A DNA stretch of 63,382 nt, filler included, from Octopus bimaculoides (lineage: Eukaryota): the NCBI RefSeq assembly GCF_001194135.2. It is 6 parts of 6 records of this genome, joined end to end, with 100 filler letters (N's around TTAATTAATTAA, not from the genome) between each part and the next. Parts side by side here need not be neighbours in the genome. Positions count along the whole stretch, not along the records: positions 19,290 to 45,833 come from NC_069005.1; positions 45,934 to 55,361 come from NC_068988.1; positions 55,462 to 61,410 come from NC_068986.1; 3 more parts are not named here. One strand, given 5' to 3'. Positions 44,393 through 57,298 of this stretch are shown here, in pieces (within the stretch, counting starts at the first letter, position 1; each line of letters starts with the position of its first letter). Below the pieces are notes generated by a model. That model was not told the origin of the DNA. It searched no databases and was given only the letters and a program-made list of their open reading frames with translations. Made by a program: the position numbers and the translations under genes.

Positions 44393-44558
44393 GCGCAAGC
44401 GTGGCTATATAGTAAGAATTTTCCTTCGCAACCACGTGGTTCCGGGTTCAGTCACACTGTGTGGCACTTTGAGCAAGTGTCTTCTATTGTCTCGGGCCGA
44501 CCAAGGCCTGGTGAGGCGATTTGGTAGACGGACACTGAAAGACGCTTGTCGTATTTAT

Positions 44559-44595
<37 letters not shown>

Positions 44596-44658
44596 NNNNN
44601 NNNNNNNNNNNNNNNNNNNNNNNNNNNNNNNNNNNNNNNNNNNNNNNNNNNNNNNNNN

Positions 44659-44694
<36 letters not shown>

Positions 44695-44699
44695 TGTGT

Positions 44700-44735
<36 letters not shown>

Positions 44736-44925
44736 CTGTGTATATTCTCTGCACGGCTTGACAACCGGTGTCGGTGTATTTTAGTCTCTGGAACCTGGTG
44801 GTTCGCCAAAATTAATCGATAGAATATGTACTAAGCTTTAAAAAATTAGTACTGGGGTCGATTCGCTGAACTAAAACTCTTCAAGGTGGTGCACCAGCAT
44901 GACTGAAACAAGTGAAAGATAAAAT
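44393..44925 (+). mobile_element. Near full-length SINE family 1: tRNA-like head, core, (GT)n microsatellite, CR1-like tail
   Basis: Head GCGTGGCTATATAGTAAG...GGTTCAGTC, then (GT)n, then CTTGACAACCGG...GGTGGTGCACCAGCATGACTGAAACAAG. Confidence 0.85.
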
Positions 44926-47182
44926 ATATACCCCACATAATTGTGTTTCATTTTTCTTTACAAGAAGGATCCTCGATCTATAAAATAAGGCTTTAGAAAG
45001 ACTCGCATGACGGAGAACGCATGTTTTTAGTTTGTGACAATATCATAGCTTAAATTACTGAACTTTATACAGGGGCCATTTTTATTACAGATCTTATATA
45101 TATTGATTTCAAAGCTGTGAACAATTCCAGCAATTTTGAGAGAAGGGATAAGCCATATTTCATCGACCTCGGTGTTCAAATGGTACTTATTTTATTGACC
45201 CCCGACAGCATTTGAACACAGAATGTAAAGTTGGAAGAATGCAGTTTAGCATTTTCCCCCTCACGGTTACGATTCTACCAGCTCACCACTTTAGATATAT
45301 ATATTGACACAAGGTAATACTCATTTAAAATGTTTATAGAAATCTACAGAAAATTGGATATATCATTTACACTGTTTACACATTTACACATTTACACTTA
45401 TTTATTTCAGTGTTATTGCGTGTATAATGTATTCTATCTTTAAAGTTAATTCATTTAAAGGATAATTTTAATATTAAGCAACAAGTTTAAAGGATTCCCC
45501 GCTGAAGAATATATTAGATATGAGCTTATGGATGTTATTAACTAAGTCTCTCTAGATTGTCAGTAGTTTGCTATTCATATCAATTTAATACATTTCTTTA
45601 TATACTCTCTTTTCTCATTTACTTGTTTCAGTCATTTGACAGTGGCCATGCTGGAGCACCGCTTTAGTCGAACAAATCGACCCCAGGACTTATTCTTTGT
45701 AAGCCTAGTAGTTATTCTATCGGTCTTTTTTGCCGAACCGCTAAGTTACGGGGACGTGAACACACCAACATCGGTGTTTTCAAGCGATGCTGGAGGGACA
45801 AACACAGACACACACATACATATATATACATATNNNNNNNNNNNNNNNNNNNNNNNNNNNNNNNNNNNNNNNNNNNNTTAATTAATTAANNNNNNNNNNN
45901 NNNNNNNNNNNNNNNNNNNNNNNNNNNNNNNNNGATCTTGTATATATGCATGTGTGTGTGTATATATATGTGTGTATGTGTGTGTGTGTGTGTACATATG
46001 TATGTATATAAATAGCTAAGCAAGCTAAACAAACCATCAGATTTCATCATGTTACACTTCCAAACAGTTACAAATATTTACGCTTACGGAATCAAGCAAC
46101 AAACACATGTCTATAGCATTCAATTAGGCATGGCAAATAAACAGTTGTAATCTCAGCAAGAATCTTCACTTAGCTATTCACATCATTGATTTCACTGAAC
46201 GAAAGAATGCAAAATATTTTTTCATAAAAAGCTTTGCAAAAACAAAAGAAACGTCTGCATGAAAGCAGTGTCAAAATGGCGGATAACAACCACGACACAG
46301 ATATGGATGAAATGGCGTTGATTTCTGCTGCTGACGTAATATTATGACGTCATGGCACTGACGGGTTTATATTTGTTCCAATAATTACCTGCGTTTTTTT
46401 TCTTCTTTGTTGAGTACTGTATGGCTGTTTTCATTGTTATGTGTTTTTGTTTTCGTAGTTCTTGGTTAAGTTGCTCCTATATATTGCTTATGCCATCATT
46501 CTACTCACCTTATCTCACTATATATATGTATTCGTGCGTATGAGCGTCCGCGTCTATGTATGTGTGTGTGTGTGTGCATGCGTGTGTAGAAATATATATA
46601 TATACAGATGTATTGATTGATAAGCAGTTATATATATAGGTGACAGATTTGTATATGCATGAGTAAGTACGTATGTGTATATACGTATATATGCATATAC
46701 GTAATCATATATATATATATGTATGTATTTATATGTATATACATGTATATTTATATATATATACATTTACATATGTATTTATATATATATATATACCTTT
46801 ACATATTTATATATGCATATGTATATGTATATATATATATATATATATGACCATCCCCAAGTACAACAATATATATATATATATATATAACTAAAAATAT
46901 GTGACACTTATTCCTAGGAATAAAGGAAATTCATCTGTTTACATAATATCGAGGTATCTTTCTTTCTTTTGTTGTCCTTCCTATCAATATATATATATAT
47001 ATATCGTACATAATGAGCGAGGGATACAATGAAAACAAAAGAAGGGCCTATACATAAAAACTGTTGCACATTCTCTATTTAAATAGGCTTTGGTCGGCCC
47101 GAGGCTATAGTAGAAGACACTTGCCCAAGATGCCACGCACTAGGAATGAACCCGGAACCATGTGGTTGGTAAGCAAGCTACT

Positions 47183-47808
47183 TTATTTCATTTCAATTTG
47201 CCATAAAGGCAGTACACAGAGAGTAGCTACGGGCTGGACAAAAACATTAATGAGATGAAATGGATGATAAATATGATGGTATAATGAGAGAAGGCAAAAG
47301 CCGCCCGCCGAACTTTGCTTCTCTATAACACTCGTCTTTATAAAATTAAATTTTCACATTGAGCCTATGAACCTCGTGCATAAAAAGTCATAAATTAAGG
47401 CATTTGCCTCTTACGATTTTTCATTACACAATATGAGGCACTCGTCCTCTTAGGTTTTTTCGCCCGATATAGCCTTCGCTTCTCTCAAGCAAAACGATGG
47501 GTCTGGGTCGGGCCACTTTTCAATACTGAATTCGCCGAGGGGGAAGGAATTCATCAACGCACTTATGTGCCTACTCGACACGACCTCCGCAGACACCTGC
47601 AGAGGCTAGTCCGGATCCTTAGTACAGGTGAGGACTCCCTCTCTCTGACGCTTCCTTTTATTCACAAATTTCTGCAGGGCCCCTCCCTTTCGGAATAGGA
47701 TTAGCCGATCCTTTTCCTCACAGGGTGAGCCCACAGCTTCTACTGTCGGCGGCACAATTCCCGCCGACCTGCTTTCCTCCGTTGGTGGCACAATTCCCAC
47801 CAACGGAG
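47183..47808. mobile_element. Unclassified 626-bp insertion splitting a SINE family 1 copy
   Basis: The flanks rejoin to AAGCAAGCTACT|TACCACACAGCCAC, matching the uninterrupted copies near 5460-5490 and 54035-54068. Confidence 0.8.
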
Positions 47809-48221
47809 TACCACACAGCCACTCCTGCGCCTACACATATAAAATACATACATGAATGTATACACACGTGCATACCTCAATACATGCTTTTACAAACTCA
47901 TGAAGCACATATATTAAGGTGATGTTGTTGTAGTTATATTGTTATCTAAGATGAAAAGCCCATTAAAAAAATATATAAATCTATGCTGAACACTTCGGTG
48001 AACGAAATAGATTCTATTGTCTTAAACTCCGTGATTTTCATATCATCTTTTTCGATCTGAGCAGCTTCTGCTTTACAAATCTTCTTGCAGAAATTACGAA
48101 AGATAAATAAAAAAGAAAAAAATGGAAAAGAAAATTCGATGTATAAAAAATGAAAGAGATAAAAAAGAAATGATAAGATTAAATTAAAAATATATATAAG
48201 GGAGAAGAATGAGAATGGAGC

Positions 48222-48279
48222 AGAAGAAGAAGAAGAAGAAGAAGAAGAAGAAGAAGAAGAAGAAGAAGAAGAAGAAAAA

Positions 48280-48330
<51 letters not shown>

Positions 48331-48525
48331 AAAAAAGAAGAAAAAGGAAAAGAATGAGTACGAGAAGAAGAAGAAGAAGAAGAAGAAGAAGAAGAAGAAG
48401 AAGAAGAAGAAGAAAAGAAGAAGAAGAAGAAGAAGAAGAAGAAGAAGAAGAAGAAAAAGAAGAAGAAGAAGAAGAAGAAGAAGAAGAAGAAGAAGAAGAA
48501 GAAGAAGAAGAAGAAGAAGAAGAAA
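48222..48525. repeat. (GAA)n/(GAT)n homopurine-rich microsatellite
   Basis: Directly visible. Confidence 0.95.
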
Positions 48526-49160
48526 TAGTGATGAAGAAATCGTAATCTATTTTCGAAAGATTTCCTAGAATTTCTGGTGCCATTCTTATTGGTTTATTTA
48601 ATCAGAAACCAAATATTTCGGAGCAAAATTACTTCCATGGCCGTTCTTATTTTCGTATCTTGATGCTTTCATTAATTATTACTGATTGTCTTTCTTGATT
48701 GAGCTCTTCAGACATGAATTAGTAAACAAGACAAGGAAGCCAAGTGATATAAATAAATAAATAAATGAATGAATAAAAAAATAAATAAAAATTGAAACTA
48801 AATTATATGAGCGAAATATTGAAAAAAAAAAACGGAACATGCCCACACATACATACCCCCCCACATATATATATATACATACATACATGCATACATACGT
48901 ACATATATACATACGCACATAATACATGAACGCATCCATCCATCCATACATACTTAAATAAAACAAAGTTAGCTTTAGAGAATCAAGATTTTGACTAAGT
49001 TTTTAACTCCATCATTATTTTAATCTTATTCAATCTCTATCACACACGCACACACACACACACACACACATACACACACACATACATAGACACTCATTTA
49101 TTTATGTGAGAATGAGGACACATGTTCGTGTGTATATAATTGCATGTGTGTATACATGTA

Positions 49161-50097
49161 CGAGGGGTGTATGAAAAGTTTTGAGCCTAACCTAGAAACG
49201 GGGCTGCTAGATAGCTGAAGCAATTTTCTCTGGTAAGTACAGTCTTTTCGGAATATTCTTGCTCATTTTCATGATTCTGGAATTGTTTCTTTTCTCTTTG
49301 CAAATTTTTGAATAAAAAAGTGTCGAGGTTCCAAGCAAAATGGAGGAAACTGAGTATCGTGCTGTCATAAAGTAGCTTCATTTGAAAGGCATGACTCCAT
49401 CAGAAATCCATGAAGATATGGTGAGAACCTTAACAGACAATGCTCCTTCATATGCAACAGTCAAATGCTGGGTAAATGAATTCAAGCGTAGCAGGGAGAG
49501 TGTGGAAGATGATCTCAGACCAGGGAGACCTCCAACTGCAACCACCGAGGACAACCTTGACCTTGCTCTTAGTATGATAATGGAAGATCGTCGAATATCA
49601 TGTCGCCAGATAGCCGAGAGACTGGGCATCTGAACTGAAAGAGCAGACAACGTGACAAAAGAACTTGGGTTCTCAAAGATTTCTGCAAGGTGGGTCCATC
49701 GCCTTTTGACTCCTGAACAGAAACGCACCAGGTGCACTTTGTCCACGAGCAATCTGGGACTGTTTGAAGCTGATGAAGGGAAATTTCTTGCTCGTTTCAT
49801 TACTATGGACGAAAGTTGGGTCCATCACTACCAGCCTGAAACCAAAGAACAATCAAAGCAGTGGAAGCACACATCTTCTCCTACCCCAAAGAAGGCCAGG
49901 GTCATTCCTTCAGCTGGCAAAGTCATGGTGTCAGTTTTGGAGGATTCTCAAGGTGTCTTGCTGATCGATTACCTTGAAAAGGGTCACACCATGACAGAGC
50001 TGTATTATTCTCAGCTATTGAAAGGCCTCCAAGAAGCAATCAAAGAAAATGGCCGGGAATGCTCACCAGAGGGAGTCCTTTTTCATCACGACAATGC
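49161..50097 (+). mobile_element. Mariner (Tc1/mariner) transposon with pseudogenised transposase, 3' part lost in a gap
   Basis: TA followed by the terminal repeat CGAGGGGTGTATGAAAAGTT. The reading frame from ATG 49340 gives APSYATVKCWVNEFKR (HTH), WVHRLL, TMDESWVHHYQPETKEQSKQW and FHHDN, with in-frame stops at 49373 and 49631. Confidence 0.92.
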
Positions 50098-51135
50098 NNN
50101 NNNNNNNNNNNNNNNNNNNNNNNNNNNNNNNNNNNNNNNNNNNNNNNNNNNNNNNNNNNNNNNNNNNNNNNNNNNNNNNNNNNNNNNNNNNNNNNNNNNN
50201 NNNNNNNNNNNNNNNNNNNNNNNNNNNNNNNNNNNNNNNNNNNNNNNNNNNNNNNNNNNNNNNNNNNNNNNNNNNNNNNNNNNNNNNNNNNNNNNNNNNN
50301 NNNNNNNNNNNNNNNNNNNNNNNNNNNNNNNNNNNNNNNNNNNNNNNNNNNNNNNNNNNNNNNNNNNNNNNNNNNNNNNNNNNNNNNNNNNNNNNNNNNN
50401 NNNNNNNNNNNNNNNNNNNNNNNNNNNNNNNNNNNNNNNNNNNNNNNNNNNNNNNNNNNNNNNNNNNNNNNNNNNNNNNNNNNNNNNNNNNNNNNNNNNN
50501 NNNNNNNNNNNNNNNNNNNNNNNNNNNNNNNNNNNNNNNNNNNNNNNNNNNNNNNNNNNNNNNNNNNNNNNNNNNNNNNNNNNNNNNNNNNNNNNNNNNN
50601 NNNNNNNNNNNNNNNNNNNNNNNNNNNNNNNNNNNNNNNNNNNNNNNNNNNNNNNNNNNNNNNNNNNNNNNNNNNNNNNNNNNNNNNNNNNNNNNNNNNN
50701 NNNNNNNNNNNNNNNNNNNNNNNNNNNNNNNNNNNNNNNNNNNNNNNNNNNNNNNNNNNNNNNNNNNNNNNNNNNNNNNNNNNNNNNNNNNNNNNNNNNN
50801 NNNNNNNNNNNNAATTAAGCCGGACTGCTGTAAGCATGATTCGATCCTGAAAATAAAATTAAGTTGAACTACCGTGACCAGGATTCCAAACCTATGTTAC
50901 CAAGGGCAGAAAATGGGGTCCTATCCGCTAGAGGGTCACAAGCATTTCTCCAAATATATACCTATGTTTAGCCATATACGCAATATAGGTCCAGAGAGTA
51001 AGGGCAAGCAACTGTCCCCAAAACACCCTAAAAGACAGAAGATCCAAACATTTCACTTTTCCCCTTATTTTTACATTCTTCTAAGCAGCGCCTTCACCCA
51101 TAACTATATTTAGAAGAACGGTAAATCTTAAATGC

Positions 51136-51137
<2 letters not shown>

Positions 51138-51177
<40 letters not shown>

Positions 51178-51317
51178 CAGTAGTTGTAGTAGTAGTTGTT
51201 GTAGTAGTAGTAGTAGCAGTAGTTGTAGTAGTAGTTGGAGGGGCTTGTGTTGGCGGTAGTAGCAGTAGTAGTTGGGGTGGTGGTTGTGATGGCGGTAGTA
51301 GTAGTAGAAGTAGTAGT

Positions 51318-51355
<38 letters not shown>

Positions 51356-51445
51356 TAGTAGTAGTATGAAAATTTGGGAGGTTCATGGATGCTTCTAAAC
51401 TACCAGAGATAAAGAAAAGAAAAAGAGCGCAAATCAGACTCCTCC

Positions 51446-51497
<52 letters not shown>

Positions 51498-51530
51498 TGG
51501 TGTTGGTGGTGGTGGTGGTGGTGATGATGA
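51138..51530. repeat. Compound (TAG)/(CAG)/(CTG)/(GAT)/(GGT) trinucleotide arrays
   Basis: Directly visible. Confidence 0.9.
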
Positions 51531-51728
51531 TGGTTCGTTTCTCCAAATACTTTTTCGGGGTTATAGAGTGTACGATATACATATAAACAAACATACATTT
51601 CAGTATGCACACACGCACACACACACGCACACAAGCGCACACATACACACGCACACGCACATACAATTCCAACACACACACATTCTTTCTCTCACAATCT
51701 ATCTATATCATAAACATATAAAATATAA

Positions 51729-51774
<46 letters not shown>

Positions 51775-52522
51775 CACATGTACACTAGTGATTCTCGAGA
51801 TTAGCAGGTGTTTTCCTTCGCCCAAACTCTCCCACCCACATCTCACCCTTTCTAGGCCTCCACCCGTTTTACTCCTCTCACCCGATGTCAGGCAGAAACT
51901 TTGAACGGGTGTTACCAAATATCTATGAACTTAGCCATCATCAAACTGGCATCAGGCAATACATATATACATACATACATGCTTATATATATACATACAT
52001 GTTTATATACAAACATAAATACTTATATACATACATACATACATACATACATACATACATACATACTTATTTACATTCATACAAAAATACATACATACAT
52101 GCATACTTATATACATATATACATGCTTATATACATTCATAGTTATATACATACATATATACTTCTATACGTACGTACACAATTTCATACATACATACTC
52201 ACATACATACATAATTCCATATATATGCACATATATGTTTATATATACATATATTGGCATACACACACACACAAATTCATCCATATATGCGTATATATTT
52301 CAACGTTATATATTCATATATCTACATGCATCTATGTCTATACACACATATAGTTCCGCATACNNNNNNNNNNNNNNNNNNNNNNNNNNNNNNNNNNNNN
52401 NNNNNNNNNNNNNNNNNNNNNNNNNNNNNNNNNNNNNNNNNNNNNNNNNNNNNNNNNNNNNNNNNNNNNNNNNNNNNNNNNNNNNNNNNNNNNNNNNNNN
52501 NNNNNNNNNNNNNNNNNNNNNN

Positions 52523-52575
<53 letters not shown>

Positions 52576-52909
52576 CATGTGTGTCTATGCTTGTATGTTT
52601 GTATGTAGGCATGTAGACGGTCGAGAAGAATGACTAGCAAGACAAGGATGGCGGCTGAGGCACACAGAAACGCACGTGCGCCTTGTATGTCATGCCTTTA
52701 ATTGTTAATCTTACTCGCATACATAGAGAGACAGCAACTGTGCACTCACACAAAAACACACACAAATACTATCACACACACACATGCACACACACACTCA
52801 CAAACAAACCTGTTTATATGTATACACACACACGTATATATACCTCATACACTTCATTCCTATATACATCTTGTATATGCTTATACCTCTATAGTCATAT
52901 ATATATATA

Positions 52910-53221
52910 CCTCAGCTCTTCAATGCCCTGCCAAAACATTTGAGAGACATGCAAGACATGGATGCGGAGGTCTTCAAGACAAAACTTGACGCTTTCCTCT
53001 CCACGATACCAGACGAACCAATGGCTCGTAATGACACGCAGTTTAGGGCAGCGATGTCAAATTCTCTCATACACCAGATGTGCCATCAAAACTCTTGATT
53101 GGACCATGTCAGGTGGGGGAGAAGAGCCATGCAAGGAACGTGAAGAGAGCACAGCATAAAGACAGAAAATCACGGTGGTGCACCAGCATGACCGCAGCCA
53201 CTTGACTGAAACCCATAAATA
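52910..53221 (+). mobile_element. CR1-clade LINE 3' end (ORF2 C-terminus, 3' UTR and tail)
   Basis: Encodes QLFNALPKHLRDMQDMDAEVFKTKLDAFLSTIPDEP...AAMSNSLIHQ and ends GGTGGTGCACCAGCATGACCGCAGCCACTTGACTGAAAC. Confidence 0.85.
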
Positions 53222-54067
53222 NNNNNNNNNNNNNNNNNNNNNNNNNNNNNNNNNNNNNNNNNNNNNNNNNNNNNNNNNNNNNNNNNNNNNNNNNNNNNNN
53301 NNNNNNNNNNNNNNNNNNNNNNNNNNNNNNNNNNNNNNNNNNNNNNNNNNNNNNNNNNNNNNNNNNNNNNNNNNNNNNNNNNNNNNNNNNNNNNNNNNNN
53401 NNNNNNNNNNNNNNNNNNNNNNNNNNNNNNNNNNNNNNNNNNNNNNNNNNNNNNNNNNNNNNNNNNNNNNNNNNNNNNNNNNNNNNNNNNNNNNNNNNNN
53501 NNNNNNNNNNNNNNNNNNNNNNNNNNNNNNNNNNNNNNNNNNNNNNNNNNNNNNNNNNNNNNNNNNNNNNNNNNNNNNNNNNNNNNNNNNNNNNNNNNNN
53601 NNNNNNNNNNNNNNNNNNNNNNNNNNNNNNNNNNNNNNNNNNNNNNNNNNNNNNNNNNNNNNNNNNNNNNNNNNNNNNNNNNNNNNNNNNNNNNNNNNNN
53701 NNNNNNNNNNNNNNNNNNNNNNNNNNNNNNNNNNNNNNNNNNNNNNNNNNNNNNNNNNNNNNNNNNNNNNNNNNNNNNNNNNNNNNNNNNNNNNNNNNNN
53801 NNNNNNNNNNNNNNNNNNNNNNNNNNNNNNNNNNNNNNNNNNNNNNNNNNNNNNNNNNNNNNNNNNNNNNNNNNNNNNNNNNNNNNNNNNNNNNNNNNNN
53901 NNNNNNNNNNATACGACGGTCTTCTTTCAGTTTCCGTCTACCAAATCTACTCACAAGCTTGGTCGGCCCGAGGCTATAGTAGACACTTGCCCAACGTGCC
54001 ACGCAGTGGGACTGAACCCGGAACCATGTGGTTGGTAAGCAGGCTACTTACCACGCAGCCACTCCTA

Positions 54068-54116
<49 letters not shown>

Positions 54117-55244
54117 ATATATATATATATATATACATGCATGTAAATAAATTTATTTTAAACAATTACAAGTTTTTCAAATTTCGGTGCATTTTCAACA
54201 ACAAATTTGCCTATATTTGTCATCTGACTCCGGCCATGCTGGAGCACCGCATTTAGTCGAAGAAATCGACTCTAGGATTTTTTCTTTGTAAACCTAGTAC
54301 TTATCTTATCGGCTATTTTTTGCCTAACCGCTAGTTTACGGGGACGTAAACACACACACATACAAATATACACACGCATATTCACACACACACATACACA
54401 CATACACACACACATGTTTGTATATAAATCTATATACCACTTACGCACACAGTTTCCCTCTTCCCAATTCACTCACAAGAATATTACTGGACTCGCGCCT
54501 ATAATAGACGACATTTACCCAAGGTATCTTGCAGTGGGACTGAACCCGGATCCATATTGTTGCAAAGCGAGTGTGTTAACCACAGGCAATAAGGTTTTCT
54601 TTCTTTCTTTCTCAATTATTTCATTTAATGTAAAGAAGCAAAGGATCGATAAAATAAGTACCACACTTAACAAAAAATAGCAGTTTTGGGGTCAATTACA
54701 TTCGACTAAAAATCCTGCAAGGTGGTGTTCCAGAATGGCCGCAGTCTAATGACTGAAAGAAGAACAAGACAAAGCACAAAAGATTCCTGGAACTTAAATG
54801 GCAAAAGCTATGAAGGATTACATCGTGTCGAATTATCGAAATTTTTGGCGTATTTTCACGGTTTCCCTTCAAGATCGTATTTGCCAAGTGCGTGTTTTCT
54901 GATCCCTGTTCATGCCTATGCCCACCCCGACCGCAAGCCGTTCCAGATTATCAGTTAGACATTTAGTAATGTCAACAAGTGCAGCAATGACTAAGGCTAG
55001 AAAATGTATATTATTCATCTTGATAATGAAATTCTAGTTTTTCGAAACAGCTGGCCGTAGATATTATCTTTCGCACACACTCCCATGCACACGTATACAC
55101 ATGCACGCAGACGTGTGAGAAGTGTGAGAGTGTGTGTTTGTGTGTTCCTTTTTACATATGTATACACGCATATGTACATACATAGATATGTACATAAACA
55201 TTTGGGCATAAATATATATATATGTGTACACACACACACACACG

Positions 55245-55321
<77 letters not shown>

Positions 55322-55324
55322 ATG

Positions 55325-55361
<37 letters not shown>

Positions 55362-55621
55362 NNNNNNNNNNNNNNNNNNNNNNNNNNNNNNNNNNNNNNN
55401 NNNNNTTAATTAATTAANNNNNNNNNNNNNNNNNNNNNNNNNNNNNNNNNNNNNNNNNNNNATATATATATACATATATATATATATAGAAAGAGAGAGA
55501 GAGAGAGGGTTAGACTGGTATCGATGTACACAGAAACATGTAAATACACATACACACACGCACACACACACATATATACGATATGAATACATACATGCAT
55601 ACATAAACACATACATATATA

Positions 55622-55838
55622 TGAGAGGGTGCTGGAAAGTTCCAGGCTTTAAGGCTATCACGAAAGGCCTGATTGGAGGCTCAACATTCAGAGTTCTTTT
55701 ACAGGGCTTAGAAAAACTGATGGACAATTGCAATAAGTGGGTGAAACTGAGAGGGGAATATGTTGAATAAAATTATAATTAACTGATCCTTCTGTATTTT
55801 CTTTTACCCATAGCCAGGAACTTTTCAGCGTCCCCTCG
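55622..55838 (+). mobile_element. Internally deleted mariner derivative
   Basis: Terminal inverted repeats GAGAGGGTGCTGGAAAGTTCCAGGCT / AGCCAGGAACTTTTCAGCGTCCCCTCG, with the internal mariner C-terminus LEKLMDNCNKWVKLRGEYVE*. Confidence 0.8.
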
Positions 55839-55859
55839 GCTATTCATTAAAAGACAGTT

Positions 55860-56380
55860 TCTAATGTCGACCTGTTCCGCAAGTGTAAGATTGGTGGAAT
55901 CGAGAGCTTCCTTATGCAGTCGCAATTGTACTAGGTTGGCCATGCCATCAGAATGAGTGACGAAAGGATACCCAAAGTCCTCACGTACAGCCAGCTTGAA
56001 CGTAGGGAATGTTGGTTGATCATAGCTCACATAAAAGGACAAGCCGAAGAGTTACCTCTCAGCTGTGAAGATAGCTCAAAACACCTTTGAGCGAACAGCT
56101 TTGGGGCGAACAAAATGGCGATCATTGTGTCAAAATGGTATTAGAAACTTTGTTGCAACCAACGGTAACAAGCTTAGGGTTGCAAGGCAAAGGAGAAAAG
56201 CGGCTGCAAATACAATACCATCTACACTGCCCTGTAATCCTCATGCTTGCAGCATCTGCGAGCTTATTTTGCAAATCGTTGGCGGGACTCAAATGTCACA
56301 TTCGAGATAAGCATTGTGACTGATAAAGAAACAGTGGGTTGTCAGATCCTCATACGACGAAACTGATGGGAGAGACCGTC
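55860..56380 (+). mobile_element. RTE-clade (BovB-like) LINE 3' fragment
   Basis: Encodes VGHAIRMSDERIPKVLTYSQLE, then FERTALGRTKWRSLCQNG, then a CCHH-like ACSIC...GLKCHIRDKH, with stops and frameshifts. Confidence 0.8.
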
Positions 56381-56675
56381 ATATATATTTGTGTATGTGT
56401 GTGTGTGTACGTGTATATATACATACATATATATATAATAAAAAATAGTTGCGCCCTTTTAAAGCCTGGCCAGGCTCATGGGCCCGGTTTCCTGGTTTCA
56501 ATGGCGTATGTGTTCCCAGTCCATCACAGCGTTACTCATTTTTGCCAGCTGAGTGGACTGGAGAATACAACGCGTGGCCTGGTCCAGGAATCGAAACCAC
56601 AATCTTACGATCATGATGCTGACACCCTAACTACTAAGTCACGCGCTTCCACACACACACACATATATATATATA

Positions 56676-56714
<39 letters not shown>

Positions 56715-57298
56715 AGAGTGAGAGAGAGAAGAGAGAGGGAGAGAGAGAGAGAGCGTTGGGGAAATGACAGAGAGATTTAAATATTAGTTTCTGTACAAAC
56801 CCTTCTTAATCGCTTATGCCGCTTCCACCTCCATCGTCTCCCCTTATCTGTCTGTCTCAATCGATTATGAATACCTTCCAACGTCTAAAATGGATTAAAA
56901 TAACGAATATAATCCTCACCACTCTGTTTGTTGGTATTCAACTAGAGCAATATCGAATTAAAGAGCTTACAAACAGCTTGTAAGGAAATATTTTACAGTG
57001 ACCATTAACAAATGTCAAGGCCAATCGATAAATTCACCTCACTAAAACATCTGGCAAGCATTTATTTATCACGTGGTCAATTTTATGCAATGTCATTTTG
57101 AAGTGGATCTATTGTATTGTATAACTAAAAACATGCATTGGGGTACACATATACGAATGGATTCTCTAAACTAACAAATTGAATGACCAGCGGACTTTCT
57201 GAAGAAAATTTACCGTACAAAACGAGCTGAAATTTGATCAGTGAAATACGAGCAGACGACGCATGCATATTGGTGAGTGGGATTTAGTTAGTTTAGTG

